From Oopsacas minuta (Eukaryota > Animalia > Porifera), in the NCBI GenBank assembly GCA_024704765.1, contig JAKMXF010000166.1:522743-586742 (forward strand): 64,000 nucleotides of DNA, in the 5' to 3' direction. The position numbers and the translations under genes are program-made. Within the stretch, counting starts at the first letter, position 1, and each line of letters starts with the position of its first letter. Shown piece after piece: positions 1 through 12,577 of this stretch. The notes below the pieces were generated by a model. That model saw only the letters and a list, made by a program, of their open reading frames with translations. It searched no databases and was not told the DNA's origin.

Positions 1-1
1 T

Positions 2-718
2 GTATTGGATAAACAGCCAGCTGACCCTATCGAGTACATAGCATTGATGTTGTTGCAATATATTAAGAACCATGATGGAAAACCCTCAGAATTTTCCAAA
101 AGAATTGCCAATCATTCTCGGATCCCTGCTATGGTAGAGAAAGAAAAAGTAATTATTGATTCAAAAGAAATTGAGTTAGTAGAGAAGGAGGATAAGGAGC
201 AAGAACCTGACGAATCTAAGAATGTTCCAATATCAGAAGATATAGATGGACCTATTGAAAAAGTTGATGTGAGTGAACCTCACAAGGAAGAACTCACTTA
301 TGAAACCAAGGAGGATAAGGAGCAAGAACCTGACGAATCTAAGAATGTTCCAATATCAGAAGATATAGATGGACCTATTGAAAAAGTTGATGTGAGTGAA
401 CCTCACAAAGAAGAACTCACTTATGAAACCAAGGAGGAACCAGTTGATTCCACGGAACCAGAAACAGCTGATGATATTATAGAAGTTGATAAAGTAGTAG
501 AGGAAGTAAGTGCAGATATACAAATACAAGAGGATCTAGCAGTTAACGTTATGGGTGAGCAAGTAAGTAACAATGTCAAAATAGCTTCTGATATTCCTGA
601 AGAAAAGATTAGTATAGATGAAGTTAAAGAACAGAGCACTGAGGAAACTACTCACCAGGATCTGTCTGAAACATCACCCGAAGGAGATCAGTCGATACCA
701 GTGGAAACCACAGAGTAA
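2..718 (+). CDS. 3' part of a Dpy-30/DYDC-like protein with a long acidic low-complexity tail (5' end outside window)
   Basis: The frame is open from base 2. VLDKQPADPIEYIALMLLQY resembles the Dpy-30 dimerisation motif of DYDC/AK7/NME5-type proteins. It is followed by an E/D-rich tail and a TAA stop at 716-718. Confidence 0.6.
   Translation, partial: VLDKQPADPIEYIALMLLQYIKNHDGKPSEFSKRIANHSRIPAMVEKEKVIIDSKEIELVEKEDKEQEPDESKNVPISEDIDGPIEKVDVSEPHKEELTYETKEDKEQEPDESKNVPISEDIDGPIEKVDVSEPHKEELTYETKEEPVDSTEPETADDIIEVDKVVEEVSADIQIQEDLAVNVMGEQVSNNVKIASDIPEEKISIDEVKEQSTEETTHQDLSETSPEGDQSIPVETTE
185..438 (+). repeat. In-frame 123-bp (41-aa) tandem duplication: 2 full copies plus the start of a third
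   Basis: Units 185-307 and 308-430 differ at one synonymous position (CACAAG vs CACAAA). AAGGAGGA restarts at 431. Confidence 0.95.
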
Positions 719-3075
719 CTATTTATTGTTTTACCGTCGATTCACTTGATATCATTATAGATCATAATTATTTATCTTATCTATCTCTACACTGTTGGAT
801 TATTTCTGAAATCATTATTTCAATACTCTATATTTTGAACTATTCCTTCTTAAAATAATAAATGTATTTTATGGAATTATACAATATTTAGAGAATCAGA
901 ACCAAATACTTTTGGTATTTGTAAAATTCAGTAATATTTAATGATTTTTCGTAGCGCCATTTTAGTTCAGTTCCTAGCGCATTGGACATTAATTCATAGT
1001 TCTTTTGTCTAAACTTATTTGATTTTGTAAATTCTTTATACTAAGTTTCATTTTGCTTAATGAGTAGTAACACTAATTATGTTTGGTTATGTAACTGATA
1101 ATCTAATAAATTCCTTCAACCAAGCTAACCTGAGCATTTAGTTGTTAAACTTGATCATTATGATAGAGTGTTTATATAATATTGGCGCCTTACTTAGGGA
1201 TTAATAGCTCTCCCCCAATATTAAATACACACGTGGTATTTTATAGAGACATCCAGATTATCTCGCTCCGTGACCATCATATAACTCACAACTTGGTAGA
1301 GCAATGTCTACTTAATTCATTGAACTCAATACATTTCACAATTCAAACTACAAAGCACAAAGGTAGTTATTTAGCATAATTACTTCCTTCCATGACAATC
1401 ATAACCACTTAGAGAGTAAGCTATATTTTGATAGTTTAACTGCTAATAAGCACATGATTCGATACATGTTTAATGTTTGAATCCTTTTTAAATTTGACAT
1501 AATTCAATCATTATATTCACAGGTTTTTAGCAATGGATTAAAGGGAAACATCTTTCCTTATGTTGAATAGATTTAAATTGCACCAACTTTACTATGTATG
1601 TATAGGATATGGTGGTTTCTATCTTTTTCAATGTTGGAAATGTAAAATTCTTTGGATCGGTGATAGGTCACCTTTATTCTGAGGAATATGGTTAATGGAT
1701 GGCCTCCACTTAAGGTTCCAATTTTCCCTGTGGCACTTTTTAAATGATGAAGAGCTGAATTTTTTTGTTTGGAGAGATAAGATATATTTTGTGATTATCA
1801 TGATCAATGTAGATTGTAGAGATAATTTATTTGATAATTTTGTGATATTAAAGTTTTGAAATCGCTTAAGTTATAATTGAGATTATTCGAGCATTTCTAT
1901 ATTTCTGCATTGAAACGTCAAACTGCATTTAATTAATTAAAAACAGTGGAACCTGGTGGAATTTATACGCGGCCGCCAAAGCAAGCACAAATGATAACTT
2001 CAAATGTTTAATATTAATCAATATTATCTTATCTGATAAGGATCAGTTTGTTGGATATGTTTCATTTTGCACACCCCCACCCCAACAAAGTGAATTGGTT
2101 ACCTCCCCAATCTCTCCATAACTATCATTAAATTGATAGCATACTAAATGATAGTAGATATTAGTAAGGGTATATCATGTCAATAGACTTCATATTGAGT
2201 GAACTAAATGCTCAGGAAAAGATTTTATAGGGGATGGTCATAATCCTTACTAATCTACTATATTTAGTATGATATCAATTCAATGACAGTCATGGGAGAC
2301 ATTGAGAGATGAGGATGGGCAAAAATGAAACATAATCAGACATAATTAAGATTAATGTGAAAATATACATTTTAAGTTATTTATTTGTGCATGTTTTAGT
2401 GTCCACGTATCAAAATCAACCCGGTTTCACCATCAAGTAATTTCCACCATTCAGTCAGACCCTTGAACCTACATAATCCGCACACTTTGTAATCCTGATT
2501 TTCCTGATACCTTAACAGAAGTTTGAATTAACAAATATTAACAAGTATGTAGGTACCTTGATAATCCGACATTTTTCCACATAAAGAGTATTAGATTTTG
2601 TGTAAATACACAATTCTTTTATGTCTAGAAGTGCTTGTCATATATATGTAATCACTATTTTATCTTTAAACAAAAGCACTATTCACAAGAAATTCTTATA
2701 GATAGAGTGGGAAGTATATTTTATTATAGTCAGAATTGATGGAATAATATTCCCATAATTACCATAGATTACTTTAAGTTCCTATGTCACCACCATGTGA
2801 TCAGATAATTTCTATTACTCATTTTAGCTCTATTGCTTACGTGAATCAGTTTTATATGATGCATTTGAAAGAATGTACTAGTGATAATTATCTTCTCAAG
2901 TGTATAATATTTTGGGGGAGCATCTCTAAATTGTAATCGAATCATTATTTTCGCCTGTTCCGCAACAATTCAATTACAATCACCTTTGTCGAATTTTAAG
3001 TTTGCAGCTATTCCAGTTCCTCAACACTTCAATCAACCTGGCATGACCTCAAAAAACATTGAGTTTTATTACATA

Positions 3076-3460
3076 CTAGCGCGCTTCGCTTGCTCGCGCT
3101 ACGCAGTTGCGAACACTTTGTGTCCACACTCGGGCCTACGGCCCTCGAGCACATAAACTCATAATCTTAACCGTCACAAACATGATACTGCAATAATCTT
3201 AAGATCTGCTTACTTTATGTCCACAAAAGTGAACCAATATTTATGAAATGTTGTTTACAATATTTGGACTCAGCATACTCAATTACCCCAGCATAACCAT
3301 TGAAAGCATGTTCCTACCTCAATTTTGAAATTTATTTACTTTATATTCATAAAAACAACAATAAAATACATAAGAGAAACTTGAAAATGTGAACTTCGGA
3401 CTCAGCGTACTGTGTTACCCCTGCGTAGCCGTTTAGAGCAAGCCAGTATGTACATTTTAA
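3076..3460 (-). mobile_element. Non-autonomous Helitron, 3' portion
   Basis: The minus strand ends in hairpin AGCGCG-AGCAAGCGAAG-CGCGCT with CTAG|T at 3079-3076. The body aligns by eye with 21766-22050 and 33020-33160. Confidence 0.75.
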
Positions 3461-3598
3461 TAAATATTGACAATATTCATGGCGAACAGGTTCCAATGCT
3501 TAATCAGGGTGATTTAGGAAAACTTTAGCCAAGCTGTCATGGCGTTCTTCCGACATACATTAATTTCTGATAAAATTAGCTATCTCTAGAAATATACT

Positions 3599-4015
3599 AT
3601 GGATAATGTTACGAACTTTTCTGCTGAGCTCAAAGATACAAATTTGACAATTTCCTCAAACAAATTTCCTTTCAATCTATATCTTGCCAAGAACAATCCT
3701 CAAAATCTCTCTAAGAATTCTAAATATTCGGATAATTCAGGTTTTACTAGTTTAGTGAGCAAATTGGAAGATTTCTTACCCAAAATTGCTAATGCGAATG
3801 AAGAACTTCTTTCTCTCTCAAAAGATGAAGTAGATATTGAACAAGTCGAGGACCAAGATCAGATTATCGAAATGAATCTACAACTCTATGAAGATAGTTC
3901 TGATAGTGATAGTAGCGGCACACAAGATGATTTGACGGCATTAAATACAGAAATATCTCCTGAACATATTCAAAAGCCCCTGATTATTGAAGAAGAGAAG
4001 ACCACAAACAATTAA
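3599..4015 (+). CDS. NOPCHAP1: NOP protein chaperone 1 (C12orf45/DUF4598-like)
   Basis: LVSKLEDFLPKIANANEEL..DIEQVED..IIEMNLQLYE matches the DUF4598 core (FLPQMARANEKL..NIEN..IQMDVALFE). Single exon, 138 aa. Confidence 0.75.
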   Translation: MDNVTNFSAELKDTNLTISSNKFPFNLYLAKNNPQNLSKNSKYSDNSGFTSLVSKLEDFLPKIANANEELLSLSKDEVDIEQVEDQDQIIEMNLQLYEDSSDSDSSGTQDDLTALNTEISPEHIQKPLIIEEEKTTNN

Positions 4016-5282
4016 AGTATAATTTATCATTTATTTAGAACATTTTAATATTTCGTAATTAAATTCGTACTATCATAACTTAATGATTATTTCATATCGA
4101 GATTAGCATATCGTACATCACAATTGCAAGCCTGTAACACCCAGTCTTTTGCCTGCTGTACATGGCCTACCGGTTATTATGCAAAAAGATAATGGTTATA
4201 TTGCTACATTCCAACCTGAGTAAATAAATAAGGGGGAGGGAGCTACAAATTTAGCTTGACATCTCGGGACATAGCATAATATTAATGTTTTCAATTTATG
4301 TTTTTGCCAAGATTATGCGGGTTATTAGCCTCGACACATATGCCTGGCATTCACGAGTTTGAAACTGTCTTGAAATGGGTATTTTTTTTCTATCTTCATA
4401 CCCGCAATTGTTTGTATACATCACACCATGTTGTAGCTTTGAGTTTATGCTCTACCCTAAGAAATCGATCTATTTCTCCTTTATTGTCATGATTACCCTG
4501 CAAATATGAAGATTTCTAATTACTTGTAAAACGTTATAATTATGTAACTTTGTAATGACTAATTATTCAACAAGGTGAATAGATAAAAGGCTATTTATTG
4601 CATAAATCATAACTGATTACTGAAGGTCATTATGTGTGTTTGATAATATGTAAGTCAGCAAATTCTCAATATGGTATTGTCTTTAACTATTCTATAGCAC
4701 ATGTGAATGTTTAGGAGCATTTTTCATAATTCCAAGATAAGTAAGTTTGCTCATTAAAGATAAGATTCCTCGTGTTCTTGTACCAGAGTTGTAATTTCCG
4801 GCTCAACCATAATCCAGAAATATATTCTACATGGATAGCGCTAGAGAGGCTAGAACTCCTGGGAAACAGCTAAAGTAGTTTGAAATTTGTTTCTACAGGA
4901 ATCCTGTTGAAAAAAATATTGTTTCATAAAGGTTTGTATCAGGGCCGTATGAAGCATCCCATACTTTCCCCCCGCCTCCAAAAAAGGCCTATAAATATGC
5001 CACAACCTGGAAGAATGTAGACCAAAAACCAGATTCTTTAATATTTTCTTATGATTCATCATGCCATTTATTTATGTAATCTCTAACAGTTGTTCCCTAA
5101 AGGACGGGATGAGATGTTGGCGAATATTCTTAGTCGATATGACTTCGGTACAAATTTTGTTAACATTGCATACATCCCAAGTGGCCAACATTTTGTAGTA
5201 ATATCTTGTACGAAATTTCAAAATTCTAATTATTCTTGCAAATTATGCTAATTTTACACTCAATGTTGGGTTGCGGTCATAT

Positions 5283-5375
5283 TTTTCATAGAAACTATTA
5301 TCATTACTTGCTATGCTTGGCAATAACCTTAAAACTGGTGTGATGACCAGCATATAGAGAGTAATTGGTTGGCTC
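5283..5375. repeat. Dispersed repeat, copy 1 (copy 2 at about 13138-13232)
   Basis: Shared TTTTCATAGAAACTATTATC.TTACTTG..TAT..TTG.CAATAA.CC.TAAAA..GGT..G..GAGTAATT. Family unknown. Confidence 0.6.
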
Positions 5376-6346
5376 TATACTTTGTAAATGCTCGTTTCCT
5401 TTTTTCTAACTATTTTACAGTTTACCTGTTATTAAATTCGAACCCTAACCTTAAATTATGACTTTGATGTTTTCACAATTAGCTACTAAATTAGTTCCAT
5501 TAATTACAAAGGCTCATTTAGCAGTTCATGCAGTAGACCCACTGACAAAATTTTGACTTTGGATTAGTCAATTACAAATTAAACAATTCAAGTAGATGAA
5601 GTTCGAAATAGCAGCAAATATTTAAACATTTTCAGACGATAAACTATTTGTAGACATGTCTAATTTGGTAGTTTATAATTACATTCCTCAGTTGAATCTT
5701 TAAAAAATTGGCACGATTGAACATTGGAAGCATTTCCCAAAATTATTTTGGCTCTATGCTCTGATCGGATTAGCAAGGGCCTACTCTAGTAGTCATCTGG
5801 AGGGACCCCACAACCATCTAGCTTCCCTGATTTGTATACTACACATACGTTTTGGGGTGTAAAATTGCACCTGGGAATATGAAATTCTAAATTTTCCCAC
5901 ATTTGTGGCGATTAATCATACCCTCACTGATGAACCAAAATCGCTTAATTCGAAAAATTCGTGTATTTTAATTTTAATCAAATCTACTTTCTAATTTTCA
6001 TTGTTTGTAAATTACTTTAACGAAATTCATTTGATCAACTCATTTTGGTGGTGGTACTGGCTTTGTTCACAACTTTTTAGTGATCATATTTTCCACCTTT
6101 TCTCAACGGCTAGTATGGGTGATTGGGCAGCCAACATTTAATTTATATCAGCATGCTTATCATATGATTACCAGTATTTATTAAATTTATACTCCAAAAC
6201 TTTTTGGCGATTTGACACTAACGAGTTAGCATTGTTTATTTGGCAGAAATATTGGTCTGAGGTCTGAGCTGCATTCCTAATTCGTCGATATTTGTACTTC
6301 ATTAGTGTAATAATTTTGTGTATAGATATTCTGCCTTCTAGCCTTC

Positions 6347-8164
6347 ATGTCACTTTTACCGCATACCCCAATGAATGTAAGTTTGGCAGCTGACATAACA
6401 GGTCAGTATGTCGCACTCTATTCAAAACATTCCAACATTAAAATATGGAACTCTTCAAATGGGAAGAAATTTATAGAACTCCAAGTAAAGGCGAAGAAAG
6501 GGTCTTACTCGGTTGTCAGTTGGAGCATACGAGATTTGTATATTCGTAATTCTAAGAATATTATTTGGTTGTCGGCAGTTTCTGAATTTAGTGATGAACT
6601 TAGTCATAAGATTTTAGCTTACGGAACCACAAGTGGCTGTGTTGGACTGATGTATGCTTTAATTAATAGAGAAATAGTATCCAGTGACTCGGTACATTCT
6701 TCTTGTATTCAGGATGTTGTTTGGAATAAAAATTGCTCTCAATTATACTCTAGTGCAGATGATAAGACCATTGTAGAATGGACAATCTCTGAGGATGGAT
6801 TTACACCGGGTAGGCGTATTCAAGCATGGAAGAAGTCAGTAGGGAAATTAGCATTAAGTTGTGATGGGAATTTTCTGGTAGCAGCAAGTACTCGTATTCG
6901 CATTTGGGATATTCAGAATGAAGTTGTAGTACGTAAACTCACTGGACACACAAGTCAGGTAAATTGTTTAGAATTGATACATAATGGAGATGGTAGCATT
7001 AGCCATGTTATTTCTGTTGGAGAAGATGAGAGAATGATATCAGTTCAGAGAGTACAACTAGAAAATTCTTTTCATCACATCTCAACTCTTCGCTCTCCTC
7101 ACCATCCCATTTCAATGCACATATCTGAATACAATACTGTATTTATTGTAGCGTCTAACGGCATTGTGTATATGTACGAGCTTCCGTTTGATATTGAGCC
7201 TTCTAAGCCGATAAATCATGTTTGGAGTCTGCAAATATCGGATATTAGTCAGAGTAACGGTGCGGAGAAATCTCTTCTAATGCCAATTATGTCTGTGTTC
7301 TGTTTGAAGGAGGAAGGTAATCTTCTAGTCATGTATGGAAATTTGGTCAGGCCTATATTCGAGAAGATTGCAATCGATCTGAGTCAGAAGAGAATGAACT
7401 TAGAACGGTGTTCAAAACAGAAAAGCTCATTGAATGTAGATATCATTACAGAAGTAAAGTCAAGCAGTAATACAGCTGTTCCCATACAATTAATGTCTTC
7501 CCATCTTTCCAAAAAGGTTAAGAGAAAGAGACCAGCTGATGACGAAACTTCATCAGAACAAGTTAGTGACGTATCTTTAGGAGAACTTGTATCAGAGAGA
7601 GAAGAAAATTCTAAGAAAGATCCTGAAGCTCCACGCTCGATAGCTACTGGTTCTCTTGTCCATATGCTTTGTCAATCTCTACAATCTGACGACTCTGACC
7701 TCTTCAACCAAGTCATTTCTGTCACTTTGGGTAAAACAATACAAAATACTGTCAAATCTCTTCCTATGAAATATGTGCTACCTTTCATAGTAAAGGTTAT
7801 GTCAATCATGCACACCACTCCATACCGTGGTCCCAGTCTGATGAAATGGATTAGGCCTTGTCTAACCCTGCACACAGCTTATCTACTCACAGTCCCCGAT
7901 CTTACTGACAGACTAGGAATGTTATATGAATTGTTAGACTCTAGGGCAGCTAATTATGACAAGTTATGTCAGCTGAAGGGAAAACTAGATCTACTAGCTA
8001 ATACTAACCGTAATGCAACACCACCTACTCGGCAATATTCTCCAATTAAGCCTAGACTAGTGTTTGAAGATAATGACGACTCTTCTAGCGAAGCAGACCT
8101 CTCAGAATCCAATAGACAACAGAACAATTCAAGAGACGAATCTGCAGATGAGCTAATGACATAG
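6347..8164 (+). CDS. WDR43: WD repeat-containing protein 43 (Utp5, SSU processome)
   Basis: N-terminal WD40 repeats and a C-terminal Utp12-like domain (SLVHMLCQSLQSDD..TVKSLP..LMKWIRPCLTLHTAYL..PDL..RLGMLYELLDSR), followed by an acidic tail. Single exon, 605 aa. Confidence 0.9.
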   Translation: MSLLPHTPMNVSLAADITGQYVALYSKHSNIKIWNSSNGKKFIELQVKAKKGSYSVVSWSIRDLYIRNSKNIIWLSAVSEFSDELSHKILAYGTTSGCVGLMYALINREIVSSDSVHSSCIQDVVWNKNCSQLYSSADDKTIVEWTISEDGFTPGRRIQAWKKSVGKLALSCDGNFLVAASTRIRIWDIQNEVVVRKLTGHTSQVNCLELIHNGDGSISHVISVGEDERMISVQRVQLENSFHHISTLRSPHHPISMHISEYNTVFIVASNGIVYMYELPFDIEPSKPINHVWSLQISDISQSNGAEKSLLMPIMSVFCLKEEGNLLVMYGNLVRPIFEKIAIDLSQKRMNLERCSKQKSSLNVDIITEVKSSSNTAVPIQLMSSHLSKKVKRKRPADDETSSEQVSDVSLGELVSEREENSKKDPEAPRSIATGSLVHMLCQSLQSDDSDLFNQVISVTLGKTIQNTVKSLPMKYVLPFIVKVMSIMHTTPYRGPSLMKWIRPCLTLHTAYLLTVPDLTDRLGMLYELLDSRAANYDKLCQLKGKLDLLANTNRNATPPTRQYSPIKPRLVFEDNDDSSSEADLSESNRQQNNSRDESADELMT

Positions 8165-8331
8165 TTGTAGAAAATATTTTAGTAAATGATGGTCCTCTTT
8201 TATTTAATTTAGTTATGAAATAATCATAATTTTAAGGGAAATTACTTGTGCAGATTTCCTTACATAATTTGTTAGCTCATTCATATTTAGTTTTAGTCTA
8301 TGTTTTAACTTGGGTGTAGTTGATGAATTGA

Positions 8332-9273
8332 ATGGATAGAAGCACTGAATTTGCCATTTTTGTGGAAAATTGCGTATCTAACCAATCTCAGCCTGCACAG
8401 GTGTATCGTAAGGATGATATTTTGCAGAATAAATTCAACAATCTGGCAAACGCACTTCGCGATAGCTTAACAAATCTACAGAATTCAATTGATGAATTAT
8501 CTCCGCTATTATCTAACCCTAATAATTTCCTACAAAAACCAAAGCCCAAGGAAATTCTACATCAGGACAGATCTGATCATGAAACTCAAAAGTGTATTCA
8601 GAATTGTCATAAAATGATAATGGAATACTTGGACTCTCTAAACACAACAGAGATTAACTCCCCACAAGTAAAACTGTACTTCAGTAATACTATTTATTTA
8701 ATTGAGCATAAACTTGGCCAGCAGATAGACACTTACACAAAGATGAGATCTCAGAGGTACGAGCAATTACAGAGAGTTAAAAATGCTTTTAGATTATCAT
8801 CTCATTTAAATAAATCGGGTACATTTGATGGAGAGGATGACTCAAATATTCACCATTCAACTAATCCAAATTGTGCCAACGTCAGACAACGACAAAATAA
8901 TACAATCAGTGAAATATCCAATTTACCTTTGGATGAAATTGAAGGATCTAACAAGGAAGAGATGAGGCTTGAACAAGAAAACAGACAGCTAGTGCATGAA
9001 ATGAAAACAGAGTTTGATGAGATTAAATCCATCCAAACGAAACTACACGAAATATCTCAGCTCCAGCATATATTTGCTGAGGAAGTATTGAAACAAAAGG
9101 AAGAGGTTACAGTTATAGCAGACATGACTGTAGAATCTGCTTTAAATATAACAGAGGGAAATAAACATATTCGTAAAGCTATCCAGAAACAATTCACTTC
9201 TGATGGGATAGTTCTCTTCATTATTGTTATGTTTACTATAGCTCTGTGGTTCTTAGACTGGTATCAGGATTGA
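8332..9273 (+). CDS. STX18: Syntaxin-18
   Basis: N-terminal MDRSTEF, a Qa-SNARE heptad region (EISQLQHIFAEEVLKQ..NITEGNKHIRKAIQ), and a C-terminal TM anchor ending WFLDWYQD. Single exon. Confidence 0.9.
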   Translation: MDRSTEFAIFVENCVSNQSQPAQVYRKDDILQNKFNNLANALRDSLTNLQNSIDELSPLLSNPNNFLQKPKPKEILHQDRSDHETQKCIQNCHKMIMEYLDSLNTTEINSPQVKLYFSNTIYLIEHKLGQQIDTYTKMRSQRYEQLQRVKNAFRLSSHLNKSGTFDGEDDSNIHHSTNPNCANVRQRQNNTISEISNLPLDEIEGSNKEEMRLEQENRQLVHEMKTEFDEIKSIQTKLHEISQLQHIFAEEVLKQKEEVTVIADMTVESALNITEGNKHIRKAIQKQFTSDGIVLFIIVMFTIALWFLDWYQD

Positions 9274-9518
9274 ATTATTTAATTTATGTATTTGTCTTTA
9301 TTCAGATGTAATTACATTTAATAATATTTCTAATTCTATTTTTAGGATTTACAAGTTCGTAAGATATGTAGAACTGTTATGACATATTTGGTCCGGCTGC
9401 AAAAATGGTCCGCTCGGGCCATATTTGTCATTATTCTGACAAATTGACTAATTCTAGTCTGTCATGGAGTTTTATGGCCTCTCAAATACTTATCACAAAT
9501 TTGGTCCGGTATTATTTT

Positions 9519-12500
9519 GGGTGCCATTAAGTATATGGCTTCTCTAATAAACAAGAACGAATGTAATATTATCTAGCCAACTGAATTCAATTATTTTGGC
9601 AAACAAAAGCAATTAATTTGGCAATGCATATATATATGTATAATTCCAATAAGATTTTAAATTCATTCGCAGCTCCATTTCCACAATTCTTTATGGCAGA
9701 ACCTACTGATTTTGAAACATTGTCGCCAGTGACAAAAAGAAAGATGGTATGGGAAGAGATAAATGCCATTACAACATTAGAAGAGGCCCGAGAGTTAATT
9801 GAACTCTCAAATTTATGGCAAGGAGGGTGATGAAAGCAGATTATGAGTTGTATTATTGTAAATTCAGCAGGACTACATATCCTGATTGCTCAATAAAGGC
9901 CAAAATCGAAAAATATGGTTCTGAGTACAAGGTTTGCTTATTCAGTCACCACAAACATGATGAATGTAATCAAAAAGTAGAGTTGCTTAATAAAGGATTG
10001 TCTTATGAAAAGAAGCAACTGTGTTTAGAAACATTAAAATCAAACCCCTACACTCTACCTAGAAAGATATTTGATATTATGGTAACCAAAGACCTGATCT
10101 GACGTTCGTACCTGACGATATTATCAAGATTCGCCATTTTAAACATAAAACAAATCTAATATATTGGGTGTACATGTGGAAGACTCTCGTCAAGCGATGT
10201 GCGACGAAGTCTCTAAATACCATGATCATTCACAAGTATTTGTTCGTCAAAAACCGGAAGAAATATACAATGACAAAGGGGAACTTTTCTTAACGATTCA
10301 ACACATGAATATGCTGAAAAATATGTCAGTCCTCAATAAGTTCATCAACTCTGATAAAACTCATAGAATGAGTAAATCAAGATTGAACACTTTAGCATGC
10401 GGGTATGTTGTGACAATACTTTCCAGTTGATGTAGCATTTACGTGATCATGAAGTGATTTTAAACTATATTTTTCCTTTTAGCTCAGTTGACTGTCAATT
10501 AGTCTATCATCTAGGCTGTATTGTAATTGCTAGGCATGATACAGCAAAAGAATATCTAAATATGTTCCGGTCATTAAATGAAGATGTACATAAGATGTTT
10601 CAAATTAAACGAAAAGAGACTCTTACTCGCAGCATGAATGATAATGATGATGCTATTTTCGCTGCTATAAGGGAAGAATTTACAAGTCCGCAATTGATCT
10701 TAGGAAATTGTTATTTCCATTTAGCTCACAGAAGTAAATGTTTAAAAGCTACCTGGGTTAAGAAGGATAGAATCACAAAGGCTAATCTAAAACCAATGCT
10801 TGAATACTTACACAGAAATCAGGTAATGATTATCAATAATTATATTTCTAGGTGATTCATTTGGACAGCCTCCAAACTTGTTAAAATACTAGTTACATAA
10901 TAATAATACTGTCTCATTATCTTTATTTAGAAATTACCAACCTACACTGAATCTACAATTGGATTGAAGTTATGGGCAAATAAATACTCAAATACCTACC
11001 CGAATTCCATGAAGAGCTTCCTCTCAGAATATGGTCCCCCAAACAAAGATGGCTGGTTACGTGGTAAAGTTGGTCCCGGTATCCCAACTGATAATAATTC
11101 TCAAGAAAAATTTTTCCACACCTTTAAGAGAACACTCATGCAAACCACACATGGTGATATATTATATCTGAAGGAAGCGATTAAATTTATTTCATCACAA
11201 AGCAAATTGGAGTCGAGAAGTCTTCCATCACATCCACTGGATCTAGATTGTGATCCTCCCAAGCATGTCCTCAGCCGTATTAGAGGATTTTTACAAAGAG
11301 CATTTGAAATGTTAACTTCAAGTGAGTCTGGTGGCATATTTCCAGCAGAAACATTTCCATTAGACGATTTACCAGGATTATCTTTAGAAGAATCATTGGC
11401 ACAACTCCTCGCAGAAAAGGTTAGTACATCAATAATGCGTACTCAAACTTTAATCTAACTACGAAATTTATTCGTTGGTTCTCTTGACTATTTTAATATT
11501 CTATAGGATATACTTATGGAAAGGTTATATCATTCAAAAAGCAAGTATTGCTACTTGCTAGAGAAGGCAATGTACCACACTCACCAGCAGAATATGCATT
11601 ATATGGATGTTCACCAAATCCAGACTAGCTGGACGGAAGTTACAGCGCAACAACAGGAAGCGGATGAAGTAATTTGGAGATTGGATAGTTTACAACAAAA
11701 AATCTATTCAAGGTATTATCCATACTTTATATTTCCAAATATCAGCTACCTAATAACTTGACAAACCCTTTTACTCTTTCAAATTCAAAACATATTATTA
11801 ATCGAGTCTTTTTTGCTTTATTCCTATAGTGCTCCTGTTTCCTCTCGAAAGCAATTTGTCATCCTATGTAGAAGGTTACAACTTTTATACTTTTCTTCGG
11901 AAGAATATATACAAGAAGTTACCGACTTATTTTTGAAATATAAATCTGCGTCTCTACATGTGGATCAATATACGGATCTTGACTCCTTTATTTTAGAAAG
12001 AGAAGGTTTCTATGTCATTACAGAATCCTTAGATGAATCTTGTAGATACAAAGTTCAGTATTCCTGCACTTGTCCCAGCTATATGCACTACAAAGCATGT
12101 TCTCATGTTATCGCTTATGGATTATTGAATAAGAAAATGGACGCTCACCCAAATGTAACTACCCTCGTAAAATCAGCGAAAGAAAAAGCCAGGCAGGCCC
12201 AAAAGAGGGAATTGTTATTCATTCGATTAGGAGCGTTACCTTAGAGAGACACTATTAGCGAGGATTTGTTAATGTAGAACAATATCTAGTAATTAACCAT
12301 ATTTTCTATTTCAGAATTACTTGCTAGTAATTATTGACTGTTTAGAACCCAACCTAGAAGTTACTAATGTAAATAATGTTTCTATACATTTTTTTGACAT
12401 TCTGGTCTGAGTATATGAAGCCACACTCTACAAAGGGAAATGTTGAAATGATACCAACTTATAGAGCGTATAATTTTAAACATTTGCCAAGTTAATTGCT

Positions 12501-12577
12501 TTGTTTGCCAAGATAATTGAATCTTAAGTTCGGTTGCCAAAATAAATGAATTCTTTTGCCAAGTTAATGGTACATCC
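9519..12577 (+). mobile_element. Mutator-like (MULE) DNA transposon relic
   Basis: 9585-9625 is the reverse complement of 12481-12522 (about 3 differences). Probable termini are GGGTGCCATTAA (9519) and TTAATGGTACATCC (12577). The element encloses a decayed transposase. No TSD recognised. Confidence 0.75.
9693..12244 (+). pseudogene. MULE transposase with WRKY/FLYWCH-like finger, DDE core and SWIM finger; frameshifted and intron-containing
   Basis: Motifs YYCKF..C..HHKH; NSDKTH (D1); MNDNDDA (D2); CYFH; PTDNNSQE (E); CTCPSYMHYKACSH (SWIM). A phase-consistent GT-AG intron lies at 10403-10482. Several frameshifts and stops. Confidence 0.8.
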
